A stretch of 64,000 nt of DNA. It comes from an uncultured Verrucomicrobiae bacterium. Its GTDB lineage: Bacteria > Verrucomicrobiota > Verrucomicrobiia > Chthoniobacterales > JAFAMB01. Below are positions 39,092 to 50,537 of the stretch, in pieces; the first letter of the stretch is position 1; the number at the start of each line of letters is the position of its first letter. The notes below the pieces were generated by a model. It had not been told where the DNA came from and ran no database searches. It saw only the letters and a program-made list of their open reading frames with translations. The DNA lies in contig CAVXLD010000005.1 in NCBI GenBank assembly GCA_963762565.1, positions 192,001 through 256,000 of the forward strand, written 5' to 3'. Made by a program: the position numbers and the translations under genes.

Positions 39092-39916
39092 ATGAGCCAC
39101 ATCACAACCAAAGACGGAGTACAAATCTACTATAAAGACTGGGGCAACGGCCAACCGATCGTGTTTAGTCATGGCTGGCCGCTTTCGGCGGACGATTGGG
39201 ACCCGCAAATGCTGTTTTTCCTCTCCAAGGGTTATCGGGTCATTGCACACGACCGGCGCGGGCACGGCCGTTCGACGCAAGTAGCCGACGGTCACGACCT
39301 TGATCACTATGCCGACGATCTGAAGGCCGTCACTGACCATCTCAACTTGAGGGATCCGATTCACATCGGCCATTCGACCGGCGGCGGCGAAGTGGTGCGT
39401 TATCTGGCCCGCCATGGCGATAAAAACGTGGCCAAGGCGGCGATCATCTCTGCCGTGCCGCCACTGATGGTGAAGACCCCGGCCAATCCGCTAGGCCTGC
39501 CTAAATCGGTGTTCGACGATCTCCAAGCCCAACTCTTCGCCAACCGGGCCAAGTTTTATTACGACGTGCCGGCCGGTCCGTTCTACGGCTTCAACCGTCC
39601 CGGCGTGGAAAAGATCGAGCCTACCGTTTGGAACTGGTGGCGCCAAGGGATGATGGGCGGCGCCAAGGCTCACTATGACGGCATCGTCGCGTTCTCGCAG
39701 ACCGACTTCACGGAAGATCTGAAGAAGATTTCGGTGCCGGTTCTGGTCATGCATAGCGAGGATGACCAAATCGTGCCCTATCAAGCATCCGGCCCACTCT
39801 CGGCCAAGCTCCTCAAGAACAGTACGCTGAAGACATACAAAGACTACCCGCACGGGATGATCACGACACAGGCGGACGTCATCAACGCCGACCTGCTCGC
39901 CTTCCTCAAAGGCTAA
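39092..39916 (+). CDS. Non-heme chloroperoxidase / perhydrolase-type alpha/beta hydrolase
   Basis: [32 protein letters not shown]. Confidence 0.93.
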   Translation: MSHITTKDGVQIYYKDWGNGQPIVFSHGWPLSADDWDPQMLFFLSKGYRVIAHDRRGHGRSTQVADGHDLDHYADDLKAVTDHLNLRDPIHIGHSTGGGEVVRYLARHGDKNVAKAAIISAVPPLMVKTPANPLGLPKSVFDDLQAQLFANRAKFYYDVPAGPFYGFNRPGVEKIEPTVWNWWRQGMMGGAKAHYDGIVAFSQTDFTEDLKKISVPVLVMHSEDDQIVPYQASGPLSAKLLKNSTLKTYKDYPHGMITTQADVINADLLAFLKG

Positions 39917-39947
39917 GTCATCGATTCGCACCACAATACGGAAAGAT

Positions 39948-40223
39948 CACGGCGCGGCATAGCCGGAACCCACGCACAGAAAATCTCACGCAAAGCCGCA
40001 AAGGCGCAAAGGTCAAGAGCATGCAAATGTCGCGCAAAGTACGATGACCATCAGGGAGGTAATAATTCTTAACCAGCGCGTTTTTTGGTGGCTCGGCCAA
40101 TCTTCGCCGGCCAACGCCATCCATTGCTTCGAAAATCAAAAACGCTCAGTCCTGCATGGTTTTAACCTTTGCGTCTTTGTGTGAGATTTTTCTGTGGTTG
40201 GGTTGCGGCTATGCCGCGCTGTG
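39948..40223. repeat. Long imperfect palindrome with (CGCAAAG) units
   Basis: GCGCGGCATAGCCG...CGGCTATGCCGCGC arms; related palindrome at about 52833-53020. Confidence 0.8.
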
Positions 40224-40419
40224 ACCTTTCTGTGTTGTGCGAAATCGAATTGGGCCAGCTCCTCATTATTTCTATCCCACGGATAAAGGATGGAAATTCA
40301 ACGGACCGCTGGAAACCGATGAGGCCACCATCGGTACCGGGTTGCATAGACATCAATTCGCTTCTACCCATAGCAAGGCGGACGTAAGAACTAACTAATT
40401 TCGACAAAAGGAGAATGAT

Positions 40420-41832
40420 GTGAGTGCTACAGAGACGAGAATAGAGAAAGATTCCCTTGGCGAAGTCAGGGTCCCTGTCAACCGGTTATGGGGAGCGCAA
40501 ACCCAGCGTTCACTGGAACACTTCAGCATAGGCAAGGATTTAATTCCGCGCGAGATGATCAGCGCGTACGCGATTTTAAAGAAAGCTGCGGCTAACGCGA
40601 ACCATGCCGGCAAACGGCTGGATGAAAAACGTCACCAGCTCATCGTTCAAGTTTGCGACGAGATCCTCGCTGGCCAGCACCACGAGATGTTCCCTTTGCA
40701 TGTGTGGATGACCGGCAGCGGTACGCAGTTTAACATGAATGTTAACGAGGTGATTTCAAACCGGTGCTGTCAACTCGCGGGCACGCCGCTGGCCAGTAAA
40801 GATCCGGTCCATCCGAATGATCACGTCAACATGGCCCAATCATCCAACGACTCGTTTCCCTCTGCGATGTATATTGCGGCAGCGGTCAATACCAAGCAGA
40901 GGCTGATCCCGGCTGTGAAAGCGCTACACGATGCGATCAGGCTGAAGGTTGAGGAGTGGAAAGATGTCATCAAAATCGGTCGCACACATATGCAGGATGC
41001 GACCCCGTTGACGCTCGGTCAGGAGTGGTCCGGTTACGAAGGAATGCTCGCGGATAATGTCGAGCGGATCGAGGATGCGCTAAAGGGGGTCTACAAACTG
41101 GCGCTGGGCGGCACCGCCGTTGGCACTGGCATCAATTCCGCACCTGGTTTTGCTGAAGCCGCCGCGGCCGAGATCGCGCAGCTTGCCGGATTGCCGTTCG
41201 TTACGGCGCCGAACAAGTTTACCGTGCAAGGATCGCATGATGCTTTGGTCCAACTCTCCGGCACACTGCGTACGCTGGCGGTCTCTCTCTATAAAATGGG
41301 AAATGACATCCGGTTGATGTCTTGCGGCCCACGGACCGGGTTCGCCGAGCTTCTCATTCCGGAGAACGAACCGGGCTCGTCTATCATGCCGGGTAAGGTC
41401 AACCCGACGCAAGCCGAGGCCCTGACCATGATCGCGGTACAGGTAATGGCGAACGATGTGGCAGTGGGTTTTGGAGGTGCGGGCGGGTATCTGGAGATGA
41501 ACGTTTATAAACCATTGCTCATCTTCAATATCACTCACTCCATCACAATCATGACGGATGGTTGCACGAACTTCCGCAAGTTCTTGGTTGAAGGTACACG
41601 GCCGAACCTGAAGAAGATCAAGGAGTATGTAGATCGGTCGCTAATGTTGGTGACTGCGCTTGCTCCGGTTATTGGTTACGACAAAGCCTCTCAGATTGCT
41701 CACTATGCTATGGACCATGATCTGACCCTGAAGCAAGCCGCACTAAAGCTCGGCTTTGTAACCGAGCCGGAGTTTGATCGGGTTGTTGACCCCGCAAAAA
41801 TGGTGAAGCCATACGTGGCGGCTGAGAGCTAG
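40420..41832 (+). CDS. fumC: Class II fumarate hydratase
   Basis: [30 protein letters not shown]. Confidence 0.97.
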   Translation: MSATETRIEKDSLGEVRVPVNRLWGAQTQRSLEHFSIGKDLIPREMISAYAILKKAAANANHAGKRLDEKRHQLIVQVCDEILAGQHHEMFPLHVWMTGSGTQFNMNVNEVISNRCCQLAGTPLASKDPVHPNDHVNMAQSSNDSFPSAMYIAAAVNTKQRLIPAVKALHDAIRLKVEEWKDVIKIGRTHMQDATPLTLGQEWSGYEGMLADNVERIEDALKGVYKLALGGTAVGTGINSAPGFAEAAAAEIAQLAGLPFVTAPNKFTVQGSHDALVQLSGTLRTLAVSLYKMGNDIRLMSCGPRTGFAELLIPENEPGSSIMPGKVNPTQAEALTMIAVQVMANDVAVGFGGAGGYLEMNVYKPLLIFNITHSITIMTDGCTNFRKFLVEGTRPNLKKIKEYVDRSLMLVTALAPVIGYDKASQIAHYAMDHDLTLKQAALKLGFVTEPEFDRVVDPAKMVKPYVAAES

Positions 41833-42092
41833 CCGTTGTCCCACAATTTTACGAACTCAACACCAGGGTGAAGGTCAAAGGTGAAAAGTGAAAGATGAAG
41901 GCGACGAGCATTGAGGATTTCGTTGAGCTCGGCCGAGGCAAGCTCAAAGCGAGTCGAATGGATTGTTAGTGATTAGTGAAGCATCACTGCTTCTCACCTT
42001 TGACCTTTCACTTTTGGCCCCTTGCGCCTTTGCGCGAGATTTGATTTCTTTCGGACTTTCAAAACTCAAGAACGGCGTAAGGCACCAAGATC

Positions 42093-42788
42093 ATGCAAAC
42101 CGGCCTGGGAGACAGTGCCTTCGGAACCTCACTTGGGCTCGCTTTTGTAGGTGGCTATGCAGATGCATCAAGCTTCTTAACTGTTAGTACGTTTACTGGA
42201 CACCTGACCGGGAATTGTGTTCTAGCTGCAGTCAGCGTTGCCACCAAAGAGTGGTATGTCGCTATGGATCGGCTATTGGCGGTGGCCGCTTTTTTGGGCG
42301 GGATTCTAGCAAGCTTGACCTTGAGCCGCTTTCTTCCTGTCTATACAAGACGTTACTCCTTGCCCTTAACCATGTTTATTGAGCTTGTCCTGGTCGGGGC
42401 CGCCTTTGTTTTTCTCTGGAACCATGCGAACAACGAATTATTCATTCTCTGCATGTGCTTGGCACTCGGCATGCAGAACGATGCTCTCCGAAATACCCAC
42501 CGAGTCAGCGTCCATTCCACCTATATGACCGGAATGGTAACAAGCCTCGTGCAGAAAGGTTTCGCCTACTTTTTATCCGAGCGGAATGCCGAAAGCAGAT
42601 CCTCAACAGATTCGGCGAGCACCGCCATTCGGATTCTAGCGCCAATGTGGATGAGTTTCATTCTTGGCGCAGTCGGAGGAGCTGTCATGGTTGCACGTTT
42701 TCACGCGCTCGGTCTCTTGGGAATGGTGCCGCTGCTTCTCGTGCTGATATGCGCAGAGATAAAGGTGAAATTGGCAACTGGCGGGTAG
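42093..42788 (+). CDS. YoaK / DUF1275 membrane protein
   Basis: GGYADA, FTGHLTGN, GMQN, TYMTG. Confidence 0.9.
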   Translation: MQTGLGDSAFGTSLGLAFVGGYADASSFLTVSTFTGHLTGNCVLAAVSVATKEWYVAMDRLLAVAAFLGGILASLTLSRFLPVYTRRYSLPLTMFIELVLVGAAFVFLWNHANNELFILCMCLALGMQNDALRNTHRVSVHSTYMTGMVTSLVQKGFAYFLSERNAESRSSTDSASTAIRILAPMWMSFILGAVGGAVMVARFHALGLLGMVPLLLVLICAEIKVKLATGG

Positions 42789-42900
42789 CAGGTTGCCGGC
42801 GGTCCAGCTCGTTTTGCGCCTTTTAAGGACGCCCAGATAAGGACAGTCTTGTGAAGAATAGCGAAGTTAGAATAGAAAGAGATTCTCCCAGGCAAAAGTA

Positions 42901-44169
42901 ATGGATGACCATTCGCCATTACCCGTTCGTGACGTGAGACTATCGCAGCCCCAGTTGGCGGCGCTGGATCTAATATTACAATGTGGGAAGCTTCTTTTCG
43001 CGAACGGACAGACAACAGAGAGAATCATCTCCGCGCTGAGAGAGTTGGCTACTGTCGGCGGCTTTCAAGCCGCGGTCTTTGCGGAGTGGGGAGAACTTAG
43101 AGTGCGCCTGGAAAGCGACATAGCCTCGTATTCCGAGACGATCGCCGTAGAACCGGCTGGCGTGGACATGAGCAAGGTGGCCGCCACGATGAACTTGATC
43201 GATAAGGTGTGCGAGGGAAACATGGATCTCGGCGTCGCGGGATCTGCTTTACAAAAAATTTCTGCATCGGGGCCGGTTCCATTGGTGCGCTTCGCCGTAT
43301 TAGCAGGAGCTGGCGCCGCGGCTCTAGGTGTAATTTTTGGTGTAGATCATCCAGCAGGCCTGGTTCTGATTGCGCTTATTGCTGGTGCCGGCGCTTGTCT
43401 GCGGAGATGGCTGTCTAGGCTAAGTCGTAACCTGTTCGTACAGCCGTTTTGCGCCGCTTTTTTAGCCGGCGTCGCCGGAGCGATTGCCGTCCGCCTGAAC
43501 CTTGGCTCCGACCAAAGACTAATTGCGGTCTGCCCCTGTATGATCCTGGTTCCAGGCCCGCACCTTTTGAGCGGCGCGCTGGACCTAGCCCGGGCTCGAA
43601 TCCCCCTCGGCATCGCCCGAATCGTCTACGCTACTGTGGTTACCCTCACCATCTCGACGGGGCTGGTATTGGGACTTGCTTTGGGAGGTGTTGGACTGCC
43701 GCCGTCAGGTGCCTTGGGGGCCATACCATTTGGATATGATGTTTTGGCGGCCGGAGTGGCCGTTGCGGCATACGGCACTTTTTTTAATATGTCATGGCAG
43801 ACATTGCCGATCCCTATAGTGGTCGGAATGCTCGCACACGGATGCCGTTGGGGCGCAATCACTCTGGCAGGCGTGAACCCGGCAACCGGAGCACTGCTAG
43901 CGTGTCTGATCGTCGGGACTCTAATGACGCCGATTGCTGATCGTTTGCGACTGCCGTTTGCGGGGCTCGCTTTCGCATCAGTCGTCTCCTTGATTCCGGG
44001 GTCCTACCTTTTTCGGATGGCCGGTGGAATGGCTAGTGTGCTCGCCGCCGGGGCAAAGGCTAGTCCCGAGCTTTTCTTCCAAGTTATGGCTGACGCAACC
44101 AGCGCGATTCTAATCGTCGTGGCGATGACCTTTGGCTTGGTCATTCCTCGTCTCCTGTCCGATAAATAG
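42901..44169 (+). CDS. ThrE-family exporter (ThrE + ThrE_2 fused)
   Basis: GKLLFANGQTTER, ILVPG, VSLIPG; about 10 TM segments. Confidence 0.88.
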   Translation: MDDHSPLPVRDVRLSQPQLAALDLILQCGKLLFANGQTTERIISALRELATVGGFQAAVFAEWGELRVRLESDIASYSETIAVEPAGVDMSKVAATMNLIDKVCEGNMDLGVAGSALQKISASGPVPLVRFAVLAGAGAAALGVIFGVDHPAGLVLIALIAGAGACLRRWLSRLSRNLFVQPFCAAFLAGVAGAIAVRLNLGSDQRLIAVCPCMILVPGPHLLSGALDLARARIPLGIARIVYATVVTLTISTGLVLGLALGGVGLPPSGALGAIPFGYDVLAAGVAVAAYGTFFNMSWQTLPIPIVVGMLAHGCRWGAITLAGVNPATGALLACLIVGTLMTPIADRLRLPFAGLAFASVVSLIPGSYLFRMAGGMASVLAAGAKASPELFFQVMADATSAILIVVAMTFGLVIPRLLSDK

Positions 44170-44402
44170 CATGGCTTTCGCCGCGCTCTAGCTTGACCAC
44201 GGGTACTACGGACACGGAACGACTTTTTGGTCGCACGATATTTCGACCTTTTTTTTAGCCGCAGGATATAGGTGTAAGATGCTAAGCAAGAGCATCTTAT
44301 GAATTGATTGAGTTCTTGGCACGTTACCTGATTAAGGGTTTGGCCGTACCGAAACGATACCTCAACACGAAATCGCTTCCCCAAAAAACAAGAAAAAACG
44401 CG

Positions 44403-46085
44403 ATGAAGTACTCGATGAAAATCAACGTTCCTGCCGGACTCCGGGGGATGGATCTGTTGGATACGCCGCTGTGGAATAAGGGAACAGCGTTTAGTGACAA
44501 TGAACGGGTGACGCTTAGCCTGGAAGGGCTCTTGCCGCCACAGATCGAATCGATTGAGGAACAGTCAGCCCGTGCTTACGAGGCGTACCAGGCAAAGACG
44601 ACGGATCTCGAGCGCCATATCTATTTGCGCCAGTTGCAAGATGCGAACGAGGTCCTGTTCTATCGCCTGATGCTGGATCATGTCGAGGAAATGATGCCGA
44701 TGGTTTACACACCCACGGTTGGCCTGGCCTGCCAGCAGTTTAGTCATATTTACCGCCGACCGCGTGGTCTATTTGTTTCCTATCCTTTGCGCGACTCGAT
44801 TCCTACCATTTTGCGGAATCGACCTAACCCTGAGGTTGATGTCATCGTAGTGACGGATGGCGAGCGAATCCTGGGACTAGGGGACCAGGGCGTTGGGGGC
44901 CTGGGTATTCCCATTGGCAAGCTATCGCTTTACACTTTGATTGGTGGAATTCATCCATCAAGGACTCTGCCGATCGTTTTGGACGTCGGTACGAATAATC
45001 AAGAACGATTGAATGATCCTGAATACCTCGGTTGGCGTCACGAGAGAATCGGTGGGCAAGAGTATCTCGATTTCGTAGACCGCTTCGTGCAGGCCGTGAA
45101 GCAGGAGTTACCTGATACCTGTCTGCAATGGGAGGATTTTGCGACTCCCCATGCCCGTCCATTGTTGCTACGTTATCAAAACGATCTTTTGACCTTCAAT
45201 GACGATGTCCAAGGGACGGCCGCGGTCGTCTTGGGAGCCGCTGTAGGCGCATCCAAAGTCGCCCAGAAAAACATGAAGGATCACAAGATCGTTTTCGTTG
45301 GCGCCGGCTCAGCGGCAATCGGTGTAGCCGATTACCTTCGCTTTGCCATGATCGAAGAAGGCCTTTCCGACAAGGAAGCTCGTGCTCGCTTTTGGATCAT
45401 CGACAGAGAGGGGCTGTTAGATAGTGATCGCCGGAATCTTTCGGATGAGCAAAAAACTTATGTGCGAGATCGGAACGAAACCGCCAATTGGCCACGCAAT
45501 CCGCATGGTCAAGTTGGTCTAACGGAGGTGATCGGTCAGATCGACGCTACCGTGTTGATTGGCTTATCGACCGTGAAAGGTATTTTCTCTGAGTCGATCG
45601 TTCGGGAGATGGCTCGAAAGACTGAACGACCGATTATCTTTCCTCTGTCGAACCCTACGAGCCATTCCGAGGCCGAGCCTGGGGAGCTTTTGGCCTGGAC
45701 TGATGGTCGAGCGCTGGTTGCCACCGGGTCTCCGTTCGCGCCGGTGAAATACGGGAGTAGGAGTATCGCAATCGCCCAATGCAACAATGTCTTTATCTTC
45801 CCTGCAGTAGGCCTCGGCTTGGTCGCTTCAGAAGCTCGGAGGGTGACAGATAAAATGATGCTGGCAGGAGCGAAAGCCCTCGGTGAGCAGTCGCCCGCAC
45901 TAAAAGATCCATCGGCTTCTTTATTACCGAACGTCGGGACGATCCGAGCAGTCGCGCTTGAGGTCGCTTATGGCGTTGCGCGGAGAGCGCAGGAAGAGGG
46001 TTTGGCGGCTGAATCTAAACCGGAGGCGCTTCGGCAAGCCTTGGTTGAGAGTCAATGGAGCCCGGAATACGCGGTTGAAGCGTGA
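44403..46085 (+). CDS. maeA: NAD-dependent malic enzyme
   Basis: NKGTAF, YTPTVG, VTDGERILGLGD, FNDDVQGT, PLSNPT, QCNN. Confidence 0.95.
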   Translation: MKYSMKINVPAGLRGMDLLDTPLWNKGTAFSDNERVTLSLEGLLPPQIESIEEQSARAYEAYQAKTTDLERHIYLRQLQDANEVLFYRLMLDHVEEMMPMVYTPTVGLACQQFSHIYRRPRGLFVSYPLRDSIPTILRNRPNPEVDVIVVTDGERILGLGDQGVGGLGIPIGKLSLYTLIGGIHPSRTLPIVLDVGTNNQERLNDPEYLGWRHERIGGQEYLDFVDRFVQAVKQELPDTCLQWEDFATPHARPLLLRYQNDLLTFNDDVQGTAAVVLGAAVGASKVAQKNMKDHKIVFVGAGSAAIGVADYLRFAMIEEGLSDKEARARFWIIDREGLLDSDRRNLSDEQKTYVRDRNETANWPRNPHGQVGLTEVIGQIDATVLIGLSTVKGIFSESIVREMARKTERPIIFPLSNPTSHSEAEPGELLAWTDGRALVATGSPFAPVKYGSRSIAIAQCNNVFIFPAVGLGLVASEARRVTDKMMLAGAKALGEQSPALKDPSASLLPNVGTIRAVALEVAYGVARRAQEEGLAAESKPEALRQALVESQWSPEYAVEA

Positions 46086-46160
46086 CTCCGCCTGCATGGG
46101 CGCCGCCTATTAAAACCGATGTTTAGCCGGATTCCGCAAAAGATTCGCGACCGATAAGAC

Positions 46161-46181
46161 CAATACTTTTGTCCACTAGAT
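46161..46181 (+). promoter_or_regulatory. 21-bp shared motif, copy 4
   Basis: CAATACTTTTGTCCACTAGAT upstream of cydA. Confidence 0.7.
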
Positions 46182-46288
46182 TTAGCCGCAATTCTCCGCT
46201 TAGTTCGGTCGGGTAGTCGAAATCGCGTTCACCAAGAGCTAGGTCATTCTTTTCGTTCACTGCGGTTAGTGGCCAAAAAATCCCTCGT

Positions 46289-47656
46289 ATGGAAGCTTCA
46301 TTAACAGATGCAGCCTTCTGGCATCGAGTCCAATTTGGATTCACCATCACTTATCACTATCTATTTCCCCAACTTACTATGGGGCTTGCGTGGTTCCTGG
46401 TTTATTGGAAATGGCGAGCTCTGCGAACCGGGGACGAGAAGTATAATCGAGCGGCGCGATTCTGGGCCCGAATCTTTGGACTCAACTTTGCCGTCGGTGT
46501 GGTCACAGGGATCCCGATGGAGTTCCAGTTCGGCACTAACTGGGCTGAGTTCTCCAAGTATTCCGGGGCGATTATTGGTCAGACGCTCGCGATGGAGGCA
46601 ATGTTTGCGTTCTTTCTCGAGAGCGCTTTCATTGGCGCATTAATCTGGGGCGAGAAACGGCTTGGGCCGCGAAACCATTTCTTGGCCGCCGTCGGCGTTG
46701 CTACTGGTAGTTGGTTGTCCGGGTTTTTTATCCTGGTCACGAATGCCTTTATGCAGCACCCAGTCGGATACGCGATCACGCCTGATGGCACCCTCGCGCT
46801 GACGGATGTCTGGGCGTTTGTCCTCAATCCCTGGGCCCTGGTTGAGTACTCACACAATCAGTGCGCAGCTTTGGTGACTGGGGCATTTGCCGTCTCCGGA
46901 TTGGGAGCATTCTACGCTTTGCGCGGGATCCATTCTGAACAAGCCAGTGTTTACCTGAAGACGGGAACATTGGTCGGCCTAGTTGCTTCTGTGCTGGTCG
47001 CGTTTCCGACCGGTGACTCTGAAGCGAAGATGGTCGGAAGCTATCAGCCGGCGACTTTGGCATCGATGGAAGGGCTTTTCCACGGTACGCGTCTCGCTGA
47101 TGTCAGCATGATCGGTCAACCGAACGTTGGTCAACAGCGTTTGGAAAATCCTATCGGATTCCCGGGCGCATTGAGCTTCTTAGCCTACGGAACCTTTCAG
47201 AGTTATGTCAGGGGGCTCGATGAGTTTCCCAAGGACGATTGGCCCGACAATATCGAGCTAATCTATTATGCTTTTCATATTATGATTACGCTGGGCACGA
47301 TCTTTATCCTGATCATGGCCTGGGCCAACTGGAAACGCTGGCGCGGCCGCTTGGAATCAAGCACTGCTCTTCTTTGGGTCCTTATGCTGGCGTTTCCGTT
47401 TCCTTATATTGCGACTAGCTTGGGTTGGATGACCGCGGAAATGGGCCGGCAACCTTGGCTGATTCATGGCTTGTTCCGGACTAACAGCGGCTATAGCCAC
47501 GTTGTGAGCGCCGGCGATACCATCTTCACCCTCATCGGTTTTGTCGGACTCTACTTTGTGCTCGGTCTTCTCTTTCTTTATCTTACAGGGCGCGAGATTT
47601 ATAAAGGTCCGGACGCAGAACACGGCGTCCCTGGACACCAGGAGGTGTCAGTATGA
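46289..47656 (+). CDS. cydA: Cytochrome bd oxidase subunit I
   Basis: HYLFP, MEFQFGTNW, FFLES, MQHP, EMGRQPW. Confidence 0.96.
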   Translation: MEASLTDAAFWHRVQFGFTITYHYLFPQLTMGLAWFLVYWKWRALRTGDEKYNRAARFWARIFGLNFAVGVVTGIPMEFQFGTNWAEFSKYSGAIIGQTLAMEAMFAFFLESAFIGALIWGEKRLGPRNHFLAAVGVATGSWLSGFFILVTNAFMQHPVGYAITPDGTLALTDVWAFVLNPWALVEYSHNQCAALVTGAFAVSGLGAFYALRGIHSEQASVYLKTGTLVGLVASVLVAFPTGDSEAKMVGSYQPATLASMEGLFHGTRLADVSMIGQPNVGQQRLENPIGFPGALSFLAYGTFQSYVRGLDEFPKDDWPDNIELIYYAFHIMITLGTIFILIMAWANWKRWRGRLESSTALLWVLMLAFPFPYIATSLGWMTAEMGRQPWLIHGLFRTNSGYSHVVSAGDTIFTLIGFVGLYFVLGLLFLYLTGREIYKGPDAEHGVPGHQEVSV

Positions 47657-48702
47657 TCGCGCTCTGGTACGGAATTCTGGCGTTCATGTTGACGACTTAT
47701 ATTGTGCTGGATGGCCGCAATTTCGGGGTCGGCGTCCTGCATTGGATCGTAGCTCGTAATCAGCAAGAAAGGCGGCAAGTGATCGCTGCCATCGGACCGT
47801 TGTGGTCTTGGCACGAAGTTTGGTTAGTGGGTACGGGCGGCGTCATGATAATGGCTTTTCCTCGCTTGATGTCGGCCTCATTTTCCGGGTGTTATCTGGC
47901 CTTGATGCTGATACTTTGGTGCCTGTTGCTGCGTGGCATCTCCATCGAAGTGGGAGGCCATATGCCGGACCGGCTTTGGCAGGAATTCTGGGATGCAGTT
48001 TTCGTTTTCAGCAACGTCTTGCTGTCGGTGTTATTCGGTGCGGCGTTTGGCAATGTCGCTCGGGGGGTACCCCTGACCACCGATAGCACATTTTACCTAC
48101 CATTCTTTACTAACTTCGGCATTACCGGGAATGTCGGTTTGCTGGATTGGTACACCGTGCCAATAGCGCTTTTTTGCGTTCTCATCTTGGCCGCTCACGG
48201 AGCAACCTACCTTACCATGAAAACTACAGGGACGGTTCACGAGCGATCAGTAAAGTTAGCTCGCAGACTTTGGGTAGGAGTGGGTCCTGCTTTTATCATC
48301 ATCACCATACTGACTTGGCTTGTGCGCCCGGAATTATTGGAAGGGATTGCGGTTCGTCCGTTGTCCTGGGTAACGCTCATCATCGTCGGGGCAAGCGTCT
48401 GGGCACTTGTGACCGGTCTGCGCTACGCGCGCGAACGCCTGGCTGTGCTGGGCTCTAGTTTTTTGCTGTTTGGAATCTTGATGACGGGAGCGGCTGCACT
48501 ATTCCCTGTCATGCTGTTCTCAACAACGGATGCCGGTCTTCGATTGACAGCCGCTGAATGCGCCGCGCCCACATTTAGTCTGGCAATTGGCGTTGCTTGG
48601 TGGATCCCGGCGTTAATCCTGGCGTTTGTGTATCTCTATATCATTCAGAGACATTATTCAGGTAAAGTGAATGTCTCGAAAGACAATCAAGGGCTCTACT
48701 AA
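47653..48702 (+). CDS. cydB: Cytochrome bd oxidase subunit II
   Basis: YIVLDG.NFG, IGPLW..HEVW, LRG; ATGA overlap with cydA. Confidence 0.95.
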   Translation: MIALWYGILAFMLTTYIVLDGRNFGVGVLHWIVARNQQERRQVIAAIGPLWSWHEVWLVGTGGVMIMAFPRLMSASFSGCYLALMLILWCLLLRGISIEVGGHMPDRLWQEFWDAVFVFSNVLLSVLFGAAFGNVARGVPLTTDSTFYLPFFTNFGITGNVGLLDWYTVPIALFCVLILAAHGATYLTMKTTGTVHERSVKLARRLWVGVGPAFIIITILTWLVRPELLEGIAVRPLSWVTLIIVGASVWALVTGLRYARERLAVLGSSFLLFGILMTGAAALFPVMLFSTTDAGLRLTAAECAAPTFSLAIGVAWWIPALILAFVYLYIIQRHYSGKVNVSKDNQGLY

Positions 48703-48980
48703 CGCCGAACTCGCTGAGGCTCGTTCGGAATAGCAGATAGCAGATAGCAAATAGCAGATGGCGCTGTGAGTTACCCCGCATTGGGTAGCTAGGACTATCT
48801 GTTATTTGCTAATTGAAGGAGCCTCAGCGACTGAAACGGGTCCGGATTTCGGACGTCCCAAATTTCAGCCCGGCGATCATTCAATCCTGTATTGCCTAAT
48901 TGCCTGAAATACAACGAGTTATGAGGTTGTGCTGAGAGTGGTGCGCAACCTGCGTTGCCACATCGGCCATGAAGATGAGC
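48701..48980 (+). repeat. Direct-repeat block, copy 1 (family F hairpin plus sigma54-like promoter)
   Basis: Colinear with 52156-52462. Confidence 0.8.
48939..48953 (+). promoter_or_regulatory. Sigma54-like promoter
   Basis: TGGTGCG-CAAC-CTGC (GG-N10-GC). Confidence 0.55.
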
Positions 48981-49052
48981 CCTTTAAAGGTAGCGGAGCA
49001 AAAACCGAGGGTAAGCAAGGATCAGCGGGTAAGGGGAGGTTCTTAATGTCAC

Positions 49053-50537
49053 ATGGACCCCTCCATGAAAAAGAGCTCCGATTCGTCTGCGTCATCTAAT
49101 CAACATGCGGTTTCGGACCAGCCATCGAACCCAACGGTCAAGCTGCCGCGTAAGCGTCGACGTTGGCCGATCTTAGTCGGGATAGTAGTGGGGGCGATCG
49201 TCCTTTTCATTGGAATCCCGCTTGTCATCCGCGCGTTTAACACCATCTCGACCGATGACGCCTATGTGAATGGGTATGTGACCTTCGTCGCCCCGCGAGT
49301 CAGCGGTCAGGTAACCCGTGTTTTAGTCGAAGACAATAATCGGGTGAAAAAAGGCGACGTGCTCGTTGAGCTTGACCCAAAGCCGTACCAGGTGCAGGTC
49401 GCGATTAAACAGGCAGCGGTTGATACCGCCCAGGCGAACCTGGCGTTAGCGCAAGATAACGTGCGAGGCTTGATCGGCCAGGCGCGGAGCAACCGTTTCA
49501 AACTCGCTCACGCCATCGAGGACGTCGACAATCAGATCGCGTTGCTCCGAGCCCGGGTTGCCACCTGGGAGCAAGAAAAGGCAACTCTGGTACTGGCCCA
49601 GCAGGAGTTTGACCGGGCTGAACGCTTGCTCGCAACGAAGGTCGTGAGCCAAGAGGACTATGACGAGAGGCGAGAGGCACTGGAGGTCGCCAAAGCACGG
49701 GTGGCGCAGGCGCTGGAGTCGGTTTACCAGGCGCGCGTTGCTCTCGGGCTGGAACCCCAACCTTCCGAAGGAAAGACGCTGGCCGATGTGCCGGAAGATC
49801 TCGACCAGACGTTCTCCTCGGTTCGCCAAGCCCAGTCAGAGCTTCGTCAAAGCGCTGCTCAGCTTGGTGTCTTTCCATCGTCTTACGATCTGACACCCAA
49901 GCAAATGTTGGACGAGTTCCATCGGCGCGATCCTGGCGGGAGCCTTGATCGAATCTATGCCGAGATCGTCAAGACTGCCCCAACTCTAAAAGTAGCTGAA
50001 ACGAATTTGGTACAGGCCCAAAGCGATTTGGATGACGCAAATCTCAATCTAAGCTACTGCACAGTCTACGCGGAAATTGATGGCGTTATTACCCGCCGCA
50101 ACGTGAATCCCGGCGATAACCTTGAGGCCAGACAAAGCGTCATGGCCATCCGTTCGCTGCGCGATATCTGGATAGACGCGAATTTCAAGGAGACCCAGCT
50201 CCGGGAATTGCGGATTGGCCAACACGTAGATCTGGAACTGGATATGTATGGCGGCAAACACCTGTTTGAGGGACGCATCTCCGGGTTCACTTTCGGTACT
50301 GGCTCTACGTTGGCATTACTGCCGCCAGAGAACGCCACCGGTAATTTCGTCAAAGTAGTACAGCGACTGCCGGTTCGAATCGACGTGATCAATTACGATC
50401 CCGACAAGCTGCCACTCTTCGTTGGGCTGTCGGTAACCCCAACCGTGGATTTGAGGAGCGCTCCTACCGGCCCGAATGCCGGAAAGTTTCTTCAGGCGCC
50501 GGAACAAAGCGTGGGGTCCGTTAGCCCGACGCCATGA
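49053..50537 (+). CDS. HlyD/EmrA-family membrane fusion protein
   Basis: STDDAYV, ANFKETQL, LLPPENATGNFVKVVQRLPVRI. Confidence 0.95.
   Translation: MDPSMKKSSDSSASSNQHAVSDQPSNPTVKLPRKRRRWPILVGIVVGAIVLFIGIPLVIRAFNTISTDDAYVNGYVTFVAPRVSGQVTRVLVEDNNRVKKGDVLVELDPKPYQVQVAIKQAAVDTAQANLALAQDNVRGLIGQARSNRFKLAHAIEDVDNQIALLRARVATWEQEKATLVLAQQEFDRAERLLATKVVSQEDYDERREALEVAKARVAQALESVYQARVALGLEPQPSEGKTLADVPEDLDQTFSSVRQAQSELRQSAAQLGVFPSSYDLTPKQMLDEFHRRDPGGSLDRIYAEIVKTAPTLKVAETNLVQAQSDLDDANLNLSYCTVYAEIDGVITRRNVNPGDNLEARQSVMAIRSLRDIWIDANFKETQLRELRIGQHVDLELDMYGGKHLFEGRISGFTFGTGSTLALLPPENATGNFVKVVQRLPVRIDVINYDPDKLPLFVGLSVTPTVDLRSAPTGPNAGKFLQAPEQSVGSVSPTP

Noticed and set aside
44215..44240. Sixth copy of the 21-bp motif before maeA
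   Set aside because: Only TTTGGT matches; spacing and flanks do not fit.
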